Source: the human T2T-CHM13v2.0 reference genome, Homo sapiens. From it: 64,000 nt of DNA. The notes beneath the pieces were generated by a model, which was not told the origin of the DNA, did not search any database, and saw nothing but the letters and a program-made list of their open reading frames with translations. Positions 19,073-35,448 of the stretch are shown one piece after another. The translations under genes were made by a program, and so were the position numbers. Where the stretch lies: assembly GCF_009914755.1 (NCBI RefSeq), contig NC_060942.1; one strand, 5' to 3'. Within the stretch, counting starts at the first letter, position 1. Every line of letters starts with the position of its first letter.

Positions 19073-19219
19073 ACCAATCTTACACATTCTATTCCAGAAA
19101 AAGAAAAGGAAAAGATCTTTCCCAGTTTCCTTTATGAAGTTGGTATTACCTTACATTAAAAACCAGACAAAGACAGTACAAAAAATAATACAAAAGGCCG
19201 ATATCTTTCATGAATACAA
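19073..19219 (+). mobile_element. Old L1M ORF2 fragment
   Basis: 'ccaatcttacacattctattccagaaa...ttatgaagttggtattaccttacattaaaaaccagacaaagac' resembles the L1 ORF2 FYEASITLIPKPDKD region. Confidence 0.7.
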
Positions 19220-19945
19220 GCCCACTTTTTGATGGGATTATTTGCTTTTGTCTTGCTGATTCCTTTGAATTCCTTGTAGATTCTGGCTATCTTTTTTGTA
19301 TGCAGGTTGTCAGGGAAGTCAGGGAAAGCCGGCAGTCACAGGCCTCACCCAGCTCCCACGCAAACCGAAGGGCCAGTCTTACTCCCACCGTGCCCCCCCA
19401 CCCCCAACAACTCTAAGTCTGTTTCCAGGTGGTGTGTGAGCTGGAGCTTGAGAACTTGCTCCACACTACCTGCATCCCAGCTGTGAAAGAAAAGGGCTTG
19501 GTTCTTCCCCTGCCTGGAGTATGCACACTGGATTGATGCCCTCCCCCGAGTTCTGGCCAGGAGGCTTCTCACCCTGTTGAAATTGTTACCAAGTTCAGCT
19601 GGAGATTTCCTTCTGTCTGTCGTCTTTTCCCCCAATTCCTCTGGCTACCCTCCCGATGGATCCCTGTTGTGCCAGGGAGAAATGGCCTCTTGGGAACTCA
19701 GCTAGCTCCCAGGGCCTTTCTGCTGCTTCCTCTGCCCCTGTATTCCACTTGACCCTCTAAATTGACTCAGTTCCAGGTCAGGCTGGAAACTTTTTCCACA
19801 AATAGACCTTCAGTTTCTCCAGTGGGGGTGTGTGTTCAGGAGAGGAGGATCTCCCTTTCCCACTTCTGCAGTTGGGGCACTCACAGTATTCTGGGTGTCT
19901 CCCCGGTCCTGTAGGAACAGTCTGAGCGTCTGTGGGTCCTCTTGA
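19220..19945 (-). mobile_element. L1PB-type pieces: ~70-bp ORF2 3' fragment fused to a ~640-bp 5' UTR (L1PBa-like)
   Basis: 'gcccactttttgatgggatt...ccttgtagattctgg', then GC-rich 'ggaaagccggcagtcacaggcctcacccagctcccacgcaaaccgaagg'. Confidence 0.7.
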
Positions 19946-20023
19946 GTCCATTAAACCTCTTTCCTTTATAAATTACTCAGTCTTGGTTATGTCTTTATTA
20001 GTAGCATAAGAACAGACTCATAC
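19945..20023 (+). mobile_element. THE1/MST MaLR LTR, 3' terminal fragment
   Basis: 'tgagtccattaaacctctttcctttataaattactcagtcttggttatgtctttattagtagcataagaacagactcataca'. Confidence 0.85.
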
Positions 20024-20072
20024 AGTGATGGAACTGTTGTCTATATCCTGATTATAATGTGTATTTTACTCC

Positions 20073-20674
<602 letters not shown>

Positions 20675-23600
20675 CCCCAGTTGTAATATTTTACTATAGT
20701 TTTGTCTGATGTCACATTGGGAAAAACTGAAAAGTCTTCAAGGGCTCTCTCTGTATTCTTTCTTACAATTGCATGTGAACTTATAATGTTCTCAACATAT
20801 AAAGCTTAATTATAAAAATCAAGGCTATCAACCTTTTTTCATTGCAGGATATCCAGGCAAAACTTGCTCAAGAAGAAAAGAGTCCCCCATCTTGTTAACT
20901 TAAACACACTAGAATGCTATGCTGAAATGTGGAACTAAACAAAAGGAATCAAGTGCTAAAATGAACTTGTACTTTCTGAGGTTTGCCTCCCATGTTTCTT
21001 CTTTACCTTTTATATGGGCATTCACTTCTCTTTGCCCCTAATGCTTCTGTCTTTTTCAATTTAGTTTCTACTCTTTGTATATATTATTTTGTTTTCTTTC
21101 TTTGTTTTTTCATTTCAGGTTTTGCCTTAGAAGAGGGTTTGATTTCAGAGTACGCAAAATTCATAGGGCTCAGATTGCATCCATATCTTTCAAACCTTCA
21201 AAGACTTTCTTTATTCTCCCAGCAAATTGCATAGTGAAATTCTCTCCCCCTTTTACCTGCTATTGCTAGAATAGCCAGCTTTACTTTCAGGCTGAGTTAA
21301 AATCTCTTCCATTTGGGGTACTTGCTTTGAATATTTGTTTTCTTAGTTCTCCAGGTCTTCAATTCACTTGTCTGCTCTCTACTTACTGTAATATAGTTGC
21401 CAAAATTATGTGGTTTTGCTATTGCTAGTTGTTTAACACTACCCACTCCTCTCCTCCAAACACATGTGCCTCACAGTTGGAGTTTGTGTGGATATCTGGT
21501 AATGTCATTTTGGGGTGCAGATTGGCTTTGGGTTAGGTACTGAATTGTTTCGTTCTCATGGCTCCATCTACATTTGAGGAAAAACTGTTCGGAAAGATTC
21601 AAAATGATACTACTGCTACAACTGCCGTCGTGTCTATTTATAGTTTGTGGCATTTTTCTATGGTGCTTGCATTCTCTTTTGCTTTGTTAAAATCCTGTAT
21701 GACCAAAAGTGAGATCAAGTATAATTTTCATCTGCTTTCAACACTGAGTTCAATTTTAAGATAAAGCTGAATCTGACATATTATGAGACCACCTATTAGA
21801 AAAAGAATATACAGAGAGCCCTACACCATGAAAATATTCTATTCCTGATTTATATACACTTTTAGCTCTAAACTATCTAAAACATTTGAAAATCCTGATC
21901 CATATTATGGGGAAAATGGCTTTGGAGTTTGTTACCAAATACTATTTTCTGAAAATAACATATTTTCAATCACCCTCTAATTTAATTGTTTGATAATATT
22001 AAGTCCTATAGAATAAAGCTGTGTTTCAAACATGCTAATCTATTACCTTGATTCTCTTACACCGATTAGGAGATTTAAATAGTGAACAGGGAATCTGAGT
22101 CAACAGGCATATGTTGCAGTCAATGTGAAGAAATTGTGACATTTTCAGATTTGACTTCATGAAATGCAGAAAATCAATTAAAGCTAGCCAAGAAGAAGAA
22201 ATGAACCCTTGACAAAAGGGATATGTCCCAGAAAAGTAAAATCCCAGAACAAATTATGGTAGAGTGCATGGTGGGATGTTTCTCACTTTTCATTTCACTT
22301 GCTCTCCCTTCCACATTATTTTTAACCAAAGTAAAATAATTTTGGAAAAAAAAATCCCTCAAATAAAATGTTAAATATTACAACTAAAAATGTAGACATC
22401 AAGAACAGTGGAATATTTGAACAGAAAATATTTTCCAAGCTGGTTCTCATTATATTTTGTCTGCTACCTTATAAATTTTTCTTTCCTTTCTGCCTGTTTC
22501 AGACTCAAATTCCCCAATACCACTGAACTATATCTGAAACAGTTCTGCTTAACTGTAAACTTTGTTTTCTTCTACCTTCCAAATTCAACAAAATACTATT
22601 GTCAAGTTTAAATTCTGAAACTTTCTAAAAGTTTGGTAAGTCTGCCTCATTTTTTTCTACACTGTGACAGTATAATGTACCATAGCTTACTATGAGGTAC
22701 ATGTACTTATGAGTGAATAATTATGTTCTATAAATAAGGTTGTAAGTAAGATAAGATATTATGATGCCTTTCAGTGAATATATATCAACTGACATTCTAA
22801 CATATTGGTAGCTCAAGCAATTCTGTTTTTATAAGGCCTTAAAATATAAGTTAAGTGGAGAAAAGTTTAAGTGGATATATGTATCCTTCTATGACACAGA
22901 GAAAGAAACTAGAATTCTTTATTTTTATCCTTTTGTGCCAAGGTACAGATGCCTGTAAGATTACCTGCAGTAGTTTTAGCATAATGTCTCCTGAAACCAG
23001 ACAATATGTAAAATCATTAAATATATACAAGAAAATAACTGTTCCTCTTTAAACTTGGTAATTTACCAGGGTTAAGAGTGTTGCTATTTAAATTAATTTC
23101 AGAATCATTTCCATTCCTCAGGATATTTTACTAAATATATTTTTAAAATTTTCTCCTTATGTTAATGCACTATTGATGGAGTGCTTTTCTATTTAAATGT
23201 GGATTTTATTATTGGAAGGGAATAAGGAAAATTAATTTTTATGAAGTGCTTATTATGTGTCAAATACATTCCTGTTACAATACTGTCTAACAAATCTCTC
23301 AGGACAAAACTTCAATGTAAATATTATCTACTTTTCTCAGATGATGAAACCAACGCCCAATGATTTTAAACAGCATAATCTAATTCATCAAGCAGAACAA
23401 GAATTCAGAAGGCTATCCCTAAAGGTCATGCTTTTTCTGTTCTGCCACAGTATTTCATTTCATTCATAAGGTTTCAGAAAAAATAATCTGAAGTCAGACA
23501 ACTGAAAATTTCCTTCGTGTCAATGACAATGTTTGAATATGATACAATGCAATACCTTGTTTCACGGTTCTTAAATTAGCTGTGGAACAAAGTCCAAAGT

Positions 23601-24740
23601 CAACAACATTTCAAGCATTTTGAACAGCACCATGATTAGTATATAGAAATGATTCAGAACTATTTTTGAGTCACACACTTACATTAAGAAGTGGTGTAGC
23701 TATGTTACAGCACCATAGATTTTTGCATAGTATATCAGCAGACACACTGCTTCTCATTAAAGACCCTTGAAATAAATGAGTGGTACCTGGAGGCCTTTTT
23801 AAAAATAAATTGATAATTTATCTTGTCTTTCTTGAAAGATCAAGATCTTCCCTAATTACAGTTTAAATACTCACTATATTCAGCATTATCTGTAGAAATA
23901 TATATATATATACACATATATATAATATACATATATCACTCAAAGTTTATTTTCTGCATGGTTCATCAACAGTCATTTGTTTGTTTTTGGTTTATCTTTG
24001 TCGTTCACCTTTGGTTCCTGATATTGTTTATTAATAGGTTGGGAAGGGAAGTGGGACTCTTTACTGCTCAATAATATTATTAAATATTTTTTATGGTTTC
24101 TTATGAAGTGAGGTATAGGAGGTGGTTGAAACTAATGGCTAAAATAAAGTTTGATGGTTTCTCTGTGGATTTCATCAATTCCGTATTTTAATGGCATTTG
24201 TACAGATAATTGGGGACTGAATAAATATACTCTTTGCAAATGCATGTAAGTCTTAGGGTTTTTAGAGCTATCAGGAATTATACACATCTTACAACCCACC
24301 AATATGTACTGAGGTCATAGAGGAAGACAAGTTCATGGTTGCAAAATATTAAATAAAAACAAAAAGGACAGTTTTTTTAGGCTTATGAAGATGCACTACT
24401 GTTTGATTATTAGCATACTAAGTGAAATGTCAACCCATTTCAAGTCTAAAAATACCATCACCATTATCACAACTTAGACACATCTTCTGGCTTCTGCTGT
24501 AGTATCCAAACAGTTATGCCAGTACTGTCTTGGCGGGGGAGCACAGAGAAGCCAGGAGTAGGACAGACTCCATAAATGAAAGATACTGACTGCTCTCCTG
24601 CTTTTCAGCACAATCTGTGGTCTCTCCATCAGGTAGAAATATGCCTGTGCTGTTTCTTTTGCCAGCTTCCTACTCATTATCACTAGTATTTGATAATATT
24701 TTTAACAACTTTATGAAGTATCCAGGACCTTATTTCTTAA

Positions 24741-25648
<908 letters not shown>

Positions 25649-26579
25649 TCATTCACTTCTTGCTCTGCGTTTCTTTTCTTCTTTTTCTTGTGCTCTTTTT
25701 AAAAAAAAAATCATACAAATATAATATTTTAGGAAAAATAAGTGCAAAGAAAATCTTATCATATTCTATTTTTTGTGAAGAACAAAGTGTTAATGAGACA
25801 AACAGCTATTTTTCTCTTTTATCTTAAAACTTGATTGCCGCAGGTGACATTGTCCTGATCTCTCTTGCACTTTAGTGTAGCATCACAGCTCCATGCTGTT
25901 TCATACAGATCATTGAGCATTTTATTTTTTTCCACATTCATTCGTTTCACATGATCTCATTCTATGTTCTAAATATTGATTAATTAACACTATCTGTTTT
26001 TTAAAAACAATAGGCACGGTGATTTGAAGACCCTGCAAAAGGAGCTTTTTTTTCTTCAGAGAAGAGTAAAACACCATCCAGATTACACGACTTTATAACT
26101 ACACGACTTTATATTTACAGGCCCATATACTGAGAGCGAATGTACAAGGTGAATTCGCAAGATCTTGCAAATAAAGGAATAAGAGGAAAAAAGATGTAAA
26201 AATATCATGACTTGCTTATTATGGAAATTATTTCAGGGTCCATAAAATATTGCATGTAATATGAAGAAAACACAATTTATGTGGGGCTACGTTCTTTTAC
26301 CTAAAGAGAAGCAAAATGCCCTTTACCTAAAAATATCTGTGTACCTCAATTTAGCCAATTGTTGAATGCAGACATTTCTCTTATCACTTTCGAAACTCAA
26401 GAAATGAAAACTAAAAAGATTTATGTTTCAAATGGCAATTTCAAGTTATTTGTCTTTCCCTAGGGTTTTCCATCTCCTTTAACATGGATGTAAAGTAATA
26501 TTTATATTTGGATATGAGAAAAAAGAGCCAAAACGTTAATATATTTGAATTTTAACAGCACTAAACAAATGTATATATC

Positions 26580-26830
26580 CAGAGGCCGATCCAACTTTCA
26601 TGGAACTTGGAGCTCATACATATCAGAGGCTCTCTTTAAGAAAAACAAAATAACATATGGAGATAAAATTATATTCAAAAGGGAATATATGTTTAAAAGA
26701 AAGAAATTAAATAGTAAAATGACAACACAAACATTAGAAAATTAGAATGTACATGTATATAATTACATATAGCTCTATAAAACATTTTTTCTTTTATCTT
26801 TTACTACATATACTTTGATTATCTCATTTT
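26580..26830. mobile_element. Possible hAT-Tip100-type DNA transposon end
   Basis: 'cagaggccgatccaactttcatggaacttggagctcataca...ggctctctttaagaaaa' resembles recalled Tip100-family termini; diverged. Confidence 0.35.
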
Positions 26831-26857
26831 ATAAATTTTTTTTTTTTTTTAATAAAA

Positions 26858-27150
26858 GGCCAGGAATGGTGGCTCATACCTGTAATCTCAGCACTTTGGG
26901 GGGCTAAGGCAGGAAGATTCCTTGAGGCCAAGAGTTCAAGACCCTGTCATTACAAAAAATACAATAAAATAAAATAGCTTGGCAAGGTGGCATGAGCCTG
27001 AAGTCCCAGCTACTTGAGAGGCTGAGAGAGGAGGATCTTTTGAGCCCAGGATGTTGAGGTTATAGTAAGCTATGATCTCGCCACTGCACTCCAGGCTGGG
27101 TGACAAAGTGACACCCTGTCTCAAGAAAAATAAAGAAAAAAATAAATAAG
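26858..27150 (+). mobile_element. AluJ SINE
   Basis: 'tgagcccaggatgttgaggttatagtaagctatgatc', J-type right arm; A-rich tail. Confidence 0.92.
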
Positions 27151-27579
27151 TAAAATACAATTTATTGTAAAGAAAGTTTTAAAAATCCATTACTTTAGGC
27201 ATTATAAATTGAGTGTGCTATTTATTATTGTTAACTGAAATTCTTAAAACATGAAACTGTAAACCCAAAAGTACTTGGTGTTTGTAGGAATACTAAATGT
27301 TTGTTTCCTGGAAATGTGAGAACTCTGATAAGTTCTATTTTGTTTGGTTCCACTAAAAAATGAAACAAATGCATAGTGTGTTTTTAAACAGAGATGCTGT
27401 ATTACTGTGTACATTCCTAACAGGAGAGGATTTCTGTTTTGCCTAGGTGTCTATGAGGACCAAATACTCTACATAACATTTTACATGTCTGTTGAATGGC
27501 AGAATATTCTACAAAATAGTTAACATTTCAAACATTATTTCTCATATATTCTCCACCTACTTCTGATTCAGGTGCACCG

Positions 27580-30280
27580 TGAGGTCACCTCTCCAAAATT
27601 CTAATTTAATGCATCACACATTCATCCACTATCTCTTGAGTTTCTTGATTATTCTGAATAACAATCTTTTGGCATCACTCATTTCTTTAACAAATTACCA
27701 CCTTTTCACTTTCCTTTACCTGTTTCATTTCTTTATTCATCTTTAACCAGCTTAAATGCCATAGTAAATCTTTTAAATTATCATTTTTCGTATGTCCTTG
27801 ACTCATTTGCTCATTCCTTGCTTTGCTATATTCAACAGAAAAATGTTTCCTAAGTTACATCAGAACTCTGCTATTTCCTCATCTACCCATTTAGCTGAAC
27901 TTGACTAGAAAACAGAAAATCAGCGTCATTCATCTTTCTTTCAATTCTGACCTGGAATGCCAGGATTTCCAGTATGATGCCAGGCAATTACACCCTAATT
28001 CCCTAGGCTTTTACTCTGTGTAATCGATAGCCATTTTCCAACTTCTTTCTCCTCGAAACCCAGCTCTTCAGTATCAGTGGATGCCTTTATTTTCTATATT
28101 GAAGAAAACTGAAGTTATTGGTAGAAATGATTCCTAAATTCTCACAGCCTTATCCACCCACCTAATAACATTTATGCCTACATCCCTGCCTCCCTTCCTA
28201 TGACTTTGGTGATGAACGTTTATGTTCTTGTGTAATCTACATGGCCCTAATTGTGTAGTACACAGCCATGTTTTTCACCAAATCAATGACATTGCTCCAA
28301 ATGCTTTTCTTTCCTCGTACAACTGTGTGTGTGTATGTGTGTATGTTTTGCTCTGTAATGCAACATTCCTATTAATTGTCATTTCTTCCTGCAGAATATC
28401 ACCCATTATTGACTGTCTGCTTCCCCCCTACCTTTTTTTTTTTTTTTTTTTTTGGCCAGGTAATGCCTATTTCTTTGCTACAAAACTTCTTATAAATATG
28501 TCAACAATGTCTCCAATTGCTTTCTTCCCATTATCTCAATCCCATTTCTATCACTTTTTTTGTCTCCACAATTCCATAGAAGCTACTCTCATAAATGTCA
28601 CCTATCACCTACATGCCATTAAATCTAATGGCAATGTTCAGTTCTCATCTTACATGACCTATCAACAATATTTGACAGATTTTCTCTTTCTCTGTTTTTG
28701 ATTCACTTCTTGTCCTGGACATTACATGGTGTTGTCTCCCCTCCTGCATCACGCTTTACTTCCTTTCCTTCTTTTATTCCCACGTTCTTAATTTTAGAGA
28801 GCTCCATATCTCAGCTTCCTTAACTTTTGGTGATTGCATGTAATAACATCCTAGCTTTTAATAATATTAATGTGCAGTTACCTGCTACACATTTCCATTT
28901 GGATTTCCAGGAGACATATTACACTCAAAAGAACAAAATTGGATTTTTAATCTTTCTTTCACAATCTTATTCTCTTCACTGCCGTTGTCATCTTATTTGA
29001 ATGGATTTCCATCATTTCGGTTTCTTAAACATACCTTCTGATATGGTTTTGATGTTTATCATCTCCAAAGCTTATATTGAAATGTGATCCCTAATGATGG
29101 AGGTGGGGTCTGGTGGGAAATGTTTGGGTCAAGGGGATCCATCATGAATGGCTTTGTGCCCTCCCTATCGTGATGAATGAGTTCTTGGTCTCTGAGTTCA
29201 CCTGACAGCTGATTGTTTAAAAGAGCCTGGTATCTCTCTCTTGCTCCCTCTCTTGCCATGTGACACGCTGGCACCTCTACTCTTCCATCATGACTAAAAG
29301 CTTCCTGAAGCCTCATCAGAATGTGAGCAGATGCTGATGCTATGCAGGTCAGCCTGAAGAACTGTGAGCCAAATAAACCTCTTTTACTTAAAAATTACCC
29401 AGCCTCAGGTATTCCTGTAAAGCCATGCAAAATGGACTAACACATCTTCCGATCTTTCTCATGTTATACAACATCAAGATATCCTGTTGAGTCTACATTT
29501 AAAAGACATTCAGAATGTAGACACTTGCCCCATACAAATTCTTAACTCTCTTGTTTGACTCACCATCATCTGTTAAATGAATTATTGCAATCTTCTCCTA
29601 AAAATGGTTTTTGAGTTTTAAAATTTCACCCCACAGTCTATACCCCCCACAAAGGAAGGGGTCCTTTAGAAACATAAGTCAGACCAAGCCACTCCTTTTG
29701 TCCAATCTGTACAGCTTCTACTTTAACTCAGATTAAAAAGCAAATTTCTTGCATCGTCCTTGAAAGCCTAATGTGGAACCCCACACCTTTAACTTTTATC
29801 CTTATATCCTATTGTTATCTCTTTTCTCCCACTGTCTCAGCTACTCTGGTCAACTTGGAGTTCCTGATGTATTCCAGGTTGGAAACACAGAGCATTTTTT
29901 TCCCAGTGGTTAGCTCCTGGAACTCTCCATTGCCTAACTCCCTCAATTATTTAAAGTATATTCTCAAATGTCACCTCAATGAGTCCTACCCTCAACATCA
30001 TATTTAATATCAAGATTTCATTCCACTTTAACATGGCACACACCCAATCACCCTTATTCTACTCAATCTTCCATAGAATTAATTACTTCAAATATAACAT
30101 ATTTACTTACATATTGTAATTTATTATAATATTTATTATAAGTTTACTGTTATTTTCCAGCGTAACCTCACCAACTCTAATATAAGCTTCACAGGAGTAA
30201 AAGTTATTGTGTATTTTGCATCCCGAGAACATTTAAGAGAGTTGGTATATAATACATGACTAAAAAAATTTGTTGAATTA
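27580..30280 (+). mobile_element. Long L2 LINE relic interrupted by an MST LTR
   Basis: 'aaatgtcacctatcacctacatgccattaaatctaatggcaatgttcagttctcatcttacatgacctatcaacaatatttgaca'; 3' end 'aatataagcttcacaggag...aaatttgttgaat'. Confidence 0.8.
29039..29444 (+). mobile_element. MST (MSTB-like) MaLR solo LTR
   Basis: TG...CA termini (tgatatggttt ... aaatggactaacaca); AATAAA in 'ccaaataaacctc'; 5-bp TSD ccttc/tcttc with one mismatch. Confidence 0.9.
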
Positions 30281-32254
30281 CCATAATTGTTTGGAGTTTC
30301 CAATTTTTTCAAGGACCAATCTATATATTCAGTATTGGTTTCTTACATTTTAAAGGAAAATTTGTATACCTCTAGTCATATTTCATATCTTATTAACTTT
30401 AAATGTCATTGATGAGTAAACAAAATACTGGTAAGGCAAAAGAGGAGAATCAAATTATTTTCAGCATCCAATGAGTAGAGTCAACTTTAAGAGACCTAAG
30501 CAGCATATGATGCTAGCCAATTACACTGTGTGTCCTAATATAGAAGTTGAGGAATATTTAACTCATATTTTTTTCCTTTGAAAGTCATACTTTAATTAAG
30601 TAGATGATAGTGATTGACGTTGAACTATTTATAAACTCACATGTTCTTTGTTTATTGAGAAGATAGCTATCTAAGTCAATGTTGATATGCACGTTTTAAT
30701 TATTTGCATCAGTCTACCAAATCAGAAACATTTGACATTGACAGAGGATTCTTACCAGGTGTGAGTGTGTTTTCTTCATCTGTTACCGTGATTAATAAAA
30801 CCAATGAAAGATTTGAAGATGCTTGCATGTTGAGTGCTCTCTTGCCATATAAGTGACTTGGTATAAACAAATTAATCTTAGACACTTTGTCATGAGTTTG
30901 TATCTTGTCTTCTTGTAGAGGGTAGGGTTGTTATTGGCAATGCATTTTTATAAAAACTGATATATTTATTTATAATGTATTGTTGTAGATATGCCACATA
31001 TGTTCCATTGTTTTCTGTGGCACAGAACATAACTTTTGTTTTCATCTTCTACTGCTTGAAAGCTGGAAAACTGTAACTCATAATATGTATTTGATTGAGA
31101 GCTGTAATGCCAGTGCAGATTTAGGTAAGATGGTGTTTTATATTTATTATTATTCATCTTTCCAAACAGACTTACTAAACTTTTCTCAGTAAGCTTTGAG
31201 GATGATGTTCCAAATTTATGTCATGTTTTTATGTGCAGCTATTTGAACTATAATATATATAAAATCAAGTTTACATGAATGGACTACACATTTGTTTTTG
31301 GCTAGGCATAGCATTTTACTGTACTAATTTTTCTTCAGTAAAATGTAAGTGTACTTGGATTCATTCCGGACTTTCTCAGTGATTGCATATTTTTATGATT
31401 CTGGTTGAAATTAAGGTAGATTAGAATTGCTCAGAAGAGTGATATTTGCAGATATTTTTCTTCTCTGAATATATAATTTTATACCCATAGCCTATCTGTA
31501 TCTAAGTAGATATCCTTTCTTAATTTGGACACCATTTTCAGATTCTTAAAAATCTGGTCCATAGAGTCATCAAGACAAAACGCAGTGAATAAAATAATTA
31601 TTCTTTTATATAATCTCAGTTCTAAAAGTCAGTAATAAGTAATAATATGAATAAAATTATTAGTATAGAAAATTTTTGCAGTAGATAATTTTATATTTCC
31701 ATTTGTGTGCATTTCTTATTAAATTATCTAGGAATATTTTACTTCTTTCTATTAGTTCACAGAGGGAAACATACAAATAGAATTTTTGAAACAAGAGAAA
31801 TATAACAAATGCCAAGATTCACCGTTATTGTTAGACATATTTATCATGAGACTCCACATTTGAAGTGACTGATTAATGACAAGAAGTTACTATGTAGAGA
31901 GAGAAGTGTAAGATAGTGGTGAAGGCAACAGAAGTATTGCAAACTACACTGCCTTCCAGGAGGAACTGCCTAGAAAACATTTTAAAACAAAAGTTTTGCT
32001 GGACAGTGGAACAGTGCTGGTATAATAGAATATATTCTATTCCATATATCTATTAAGACTTCTAGAGTAGAGTTTCATAGACTATTTCTGTTCTATGAAT
32101 GTACTCAGTCAACCATATATAGTGGCTTCCAGCTAACTTTAAGGTCTAGATCTAAATAAAATGACAAATCAAGTTCTGAAAATGTACTGAATTTTTTTAA
32201 AATTACCCCAACCTCATATTCATCCACCAAGAAATAAGAACATCCTGGTTTGTT

Positions 32255-32572
32255 ATTTTTTCAAATTTTATTTTCTTTTTACAACTTCTATTGTAGTTTC
32301 AGGGGGAAGATGTGCAGGTGCGTTACATGAGGAAAGTGTGTGTCACTGAAGTTTGGTGCACAAATGATCCAGTCACCCAGCTAGTGAGCATAGTACTCAA
32401 TAAGTAGTTATTCAGCCCTTGCCCCACTCCCTCTGTCACCACCCTTGTAGTCCCCGGTGTCTATTGTTCCCATCTTTGTGTCCGCATGTACTCATCATTA
32501 AGCACCCATTTGTAAGTGAGAATATGCAGTATTTGGTTTTCTGTTCCCACAGTAATTTGCTTAGGATGACGA
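32255..32572 (-). mobile_element. Short L1PA15/16-like 3' fragment
   Basis: 'gtcacccagctagtgagcatagtactcaataagtagtt', 'aagtgagaatatgcagtatttggttttctgttcc'. Confidence 0.8.
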
Positions 32573-34204
32573 ATTCCTTAAAAAAAAATAAAAATAAAAA
32601 TAAAAACCATTTAGGGTTTACATGGCACCAAATCAAGCACCTTATGTATCAACCCTTGGAAAAATATGCATTTGACAGAATGAATTACATCCATAGTATT
32701 TTGGCAACATACCTCACAATTATGTGGCAAGTAAAACTAATGCTAGTCTTCCTGAGCCCTGTTGGTTTAATCCAAAAGATTTAAAAATAGCAAAAGTTCT
32801 GCAAATCTTGGAAGGATGGTTGGCCCACCAAAACCTTAAGAAATATATGCTAGTGTGCAGATGTAAGAGGGTTGAAGGAACTGATCCAGAGTCTACTAAG
32901 TATCTAAGAGAAAACAGTGTAAAATTGTAGAAAATAAGCAAATGATTTCATATTGGAACTGTATTACACACTGTATATGTTCTAGAAGATGCTCTGAGAA
33001 ATCCTAGACTTATGAAACAATCACCCCAACACTATGATTTGCAGAGGAGGAAGGCTGGGCACTTCAGCAATCTATATGTAGCATGGAGACCATGTAAGTA
33101 AGAATGCAATGTGAAGAATAACCCCTCCAGCACAGCTGTGACACCAAAGTTCAGATTCTCTCGCAGTACGCAAAATCAAAGAATGAAACAGCACAACTAG
33201 AAAAGCAATGAAAAAGGAAATGTAAGTTAAATATGAACAGAGACATTGCAGATTGTAGATTGACTAATGCTCCTGAATGGAAGACCGGAATTATAATAAG
33301 AGATGTAACTGATAAAAACCATGTTAGTCTGAAAAAAGAACCTTTAACAGCAGATCTAAAGACTTAACATATAGCAAAGCAAATTATTATTATTTTTGTA
33401 AATGATCAACTCCTTGACCAGATCTTAAAAATCTGAAAATGGTGTCCAAATTATAAAAGGTTATCTACTTAAATATACATAGGTTATGGGTATACAATTG
33501 TATATTCAGAGAAGAAAAATGTTTGCAAATCTTCACTGTTCTGAGTAATTCTAATGTATCTTCATAATTCATAAAATTATTGAATGTCATAGATGCCACC
33601 ACCACCGTCTGGAACAAATTGGTTGAACTGTAAAGGAAGAAGTGGCTGGATGGTGCCACACTTCACCATATCAAAAGCAATGAGTTGATTTCTACAAAAT
33701 ATTGAGAAAAATAATAGCTTGTGATTCCTGAATTTTATAGTTATTCACATTTTTATTTATGTGTGCAGGTAGCAAATGTATTTTCAAATATGCAAGTGTT
33801 TAGTAATTATGCATTACATACAATCTGCCTGAAATTTCTTCTAGAGAGTAAAATAACCTGAAAATTTAGAGAAACCATTGTTAGAAATACATAGCGGAAT
33901 GAAGAAAGAAGCAATCATGTCATCATGTCAAAAGTTTTCATCTCAGTCTCTCTTTGTTTTTATACATATGGCAGGTGAAATTAAAGATAAAGTAAAATAA
34001 TTTAATTATTTTGATTAATTAATCATATACTCATATGTCATATTGCATAATATATCACATGCTATATATCTCATTTACATCATTTATACAATTAAATCAT
34101 TAAATATAATAAGCATTTTGCTAATAAATTTGAAAATCTGAAGGATTATTAATTGATTTTCTAGATTAACTATTATAATGATCTTAAGCACAAAAGGGGG
34201 ACCA

Positions 34205-35010
34205 AGGACTTTTCATTTATTTAATAATTATTTATCAGGTACCTATTATGTCTTTGTCATGCTTCCATGTGCACAGGATGCATCATTAAATAAACAAAGA
34301 GTATGCCATGGATCTTACATCTCATTGACAGGAAATCAATGTCTTGTGAATGTCTATTCACAAGAGTGAATAGACATCCTAACAGACTTTATAATAGCAG
34401 AGGGTTTTAAGTGATGTAGATTTTAAAAACAAAATGTAAAAAAGTCTTAGAGGGTACAATGAGAAGAAATGGGCATGAGTTTTCAGTATTAAGTGTAGTC
34501 AAATTAGGACTTACAGAGGAGATGAGATTTGTGCACACACTTGTAGTAAGTGGAAGAATTAGCTAGGGGTCAGATGAGGGATAACATTCTATGTAGGAAG
34601 AGCAGCTACAGTGAAGAGGCTGCCTTGGGAGCTTGCCCGACATGTTCCAGGTAGACCAAGGAGGCCAGTATGGTAGAAGCAGAGTTAGTAAGAAGGAGGA
34701 CATGGGGTGTAGAGGTAACAGAAAGCCAGACCATGTAAGGTCTGCTCAGCCGTGGAAAGGGCTTTGCATTACTTTCAGTGAAATGCGTAAACTTTGCAGA
34801 TTTGAGCAGGGGAGTGACATGATCTGGCTGGTTTAAGAGGACAGATCGTTCTATTCCGGGAAAAATCAAATGAAATGAGAGAAGCAAGAATGGAAACAGG
34901 GAGACTTACTCAAAAGCCTGCTACAGGAAAGCAAGCAAGAGGATGGTGGTCAGACCAGGGAAGTGGTGAGCAGTGGCGCCTGCTGGATTAATACATCCTG
35001 TAAGGCCTGT
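34205..35010 (-). mobile_element. L2 3' portion
   Basis: 'ttcatttatttaataattatttatcaggtacctattatg' (antisense L2 tail) and 'gattttgagcaggggagtgacatgatctg'. Confidence 0.8.
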
Positions 35011-35101
35011 AGGGTTTCTTACACATGAAATGTTGGGGGGAGAATAGGCAGATCATTATTACTTTTTTTTAATCTCTGAAAGTCACTTTGTCAGATTTTA
35101 A

Positions 35102-35105
<4 letters not shown>

Positions 35106-35140
<35 letters not shown>
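35106..35140. repeat. (TA)n microsatellite
   Basis: About 17 TA units. Confidence 0.95.
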
Positions 35141-35143
<3 letters not shown>

Positions 35144-35448
35144 CAATTTTCAAGAAATTAATGACCTCCATGCAACACATCCTATTTGAAGGTGCGGAGA
35201 AAGTGATACTTCACAGTTCATTTTATGAAGAGTATAACCTTGAAAATAAATGTGAAGATGATAGAGTAGTTTTAGAAAATAACCAACTAACTGGATGCAG
35301 ATTAAAACAATGTAATGAAGTGTTAGCAAATTTACCCTGGAGGTATAATCTTGCATCTTAGCTAAGTAGTTTTTATTTCAGAATGAAGAATTTGGTAAAA
35401 TATTAGAAAATGAATGACTGAAATTCTTCCTCTTACATTATCAAAAGG

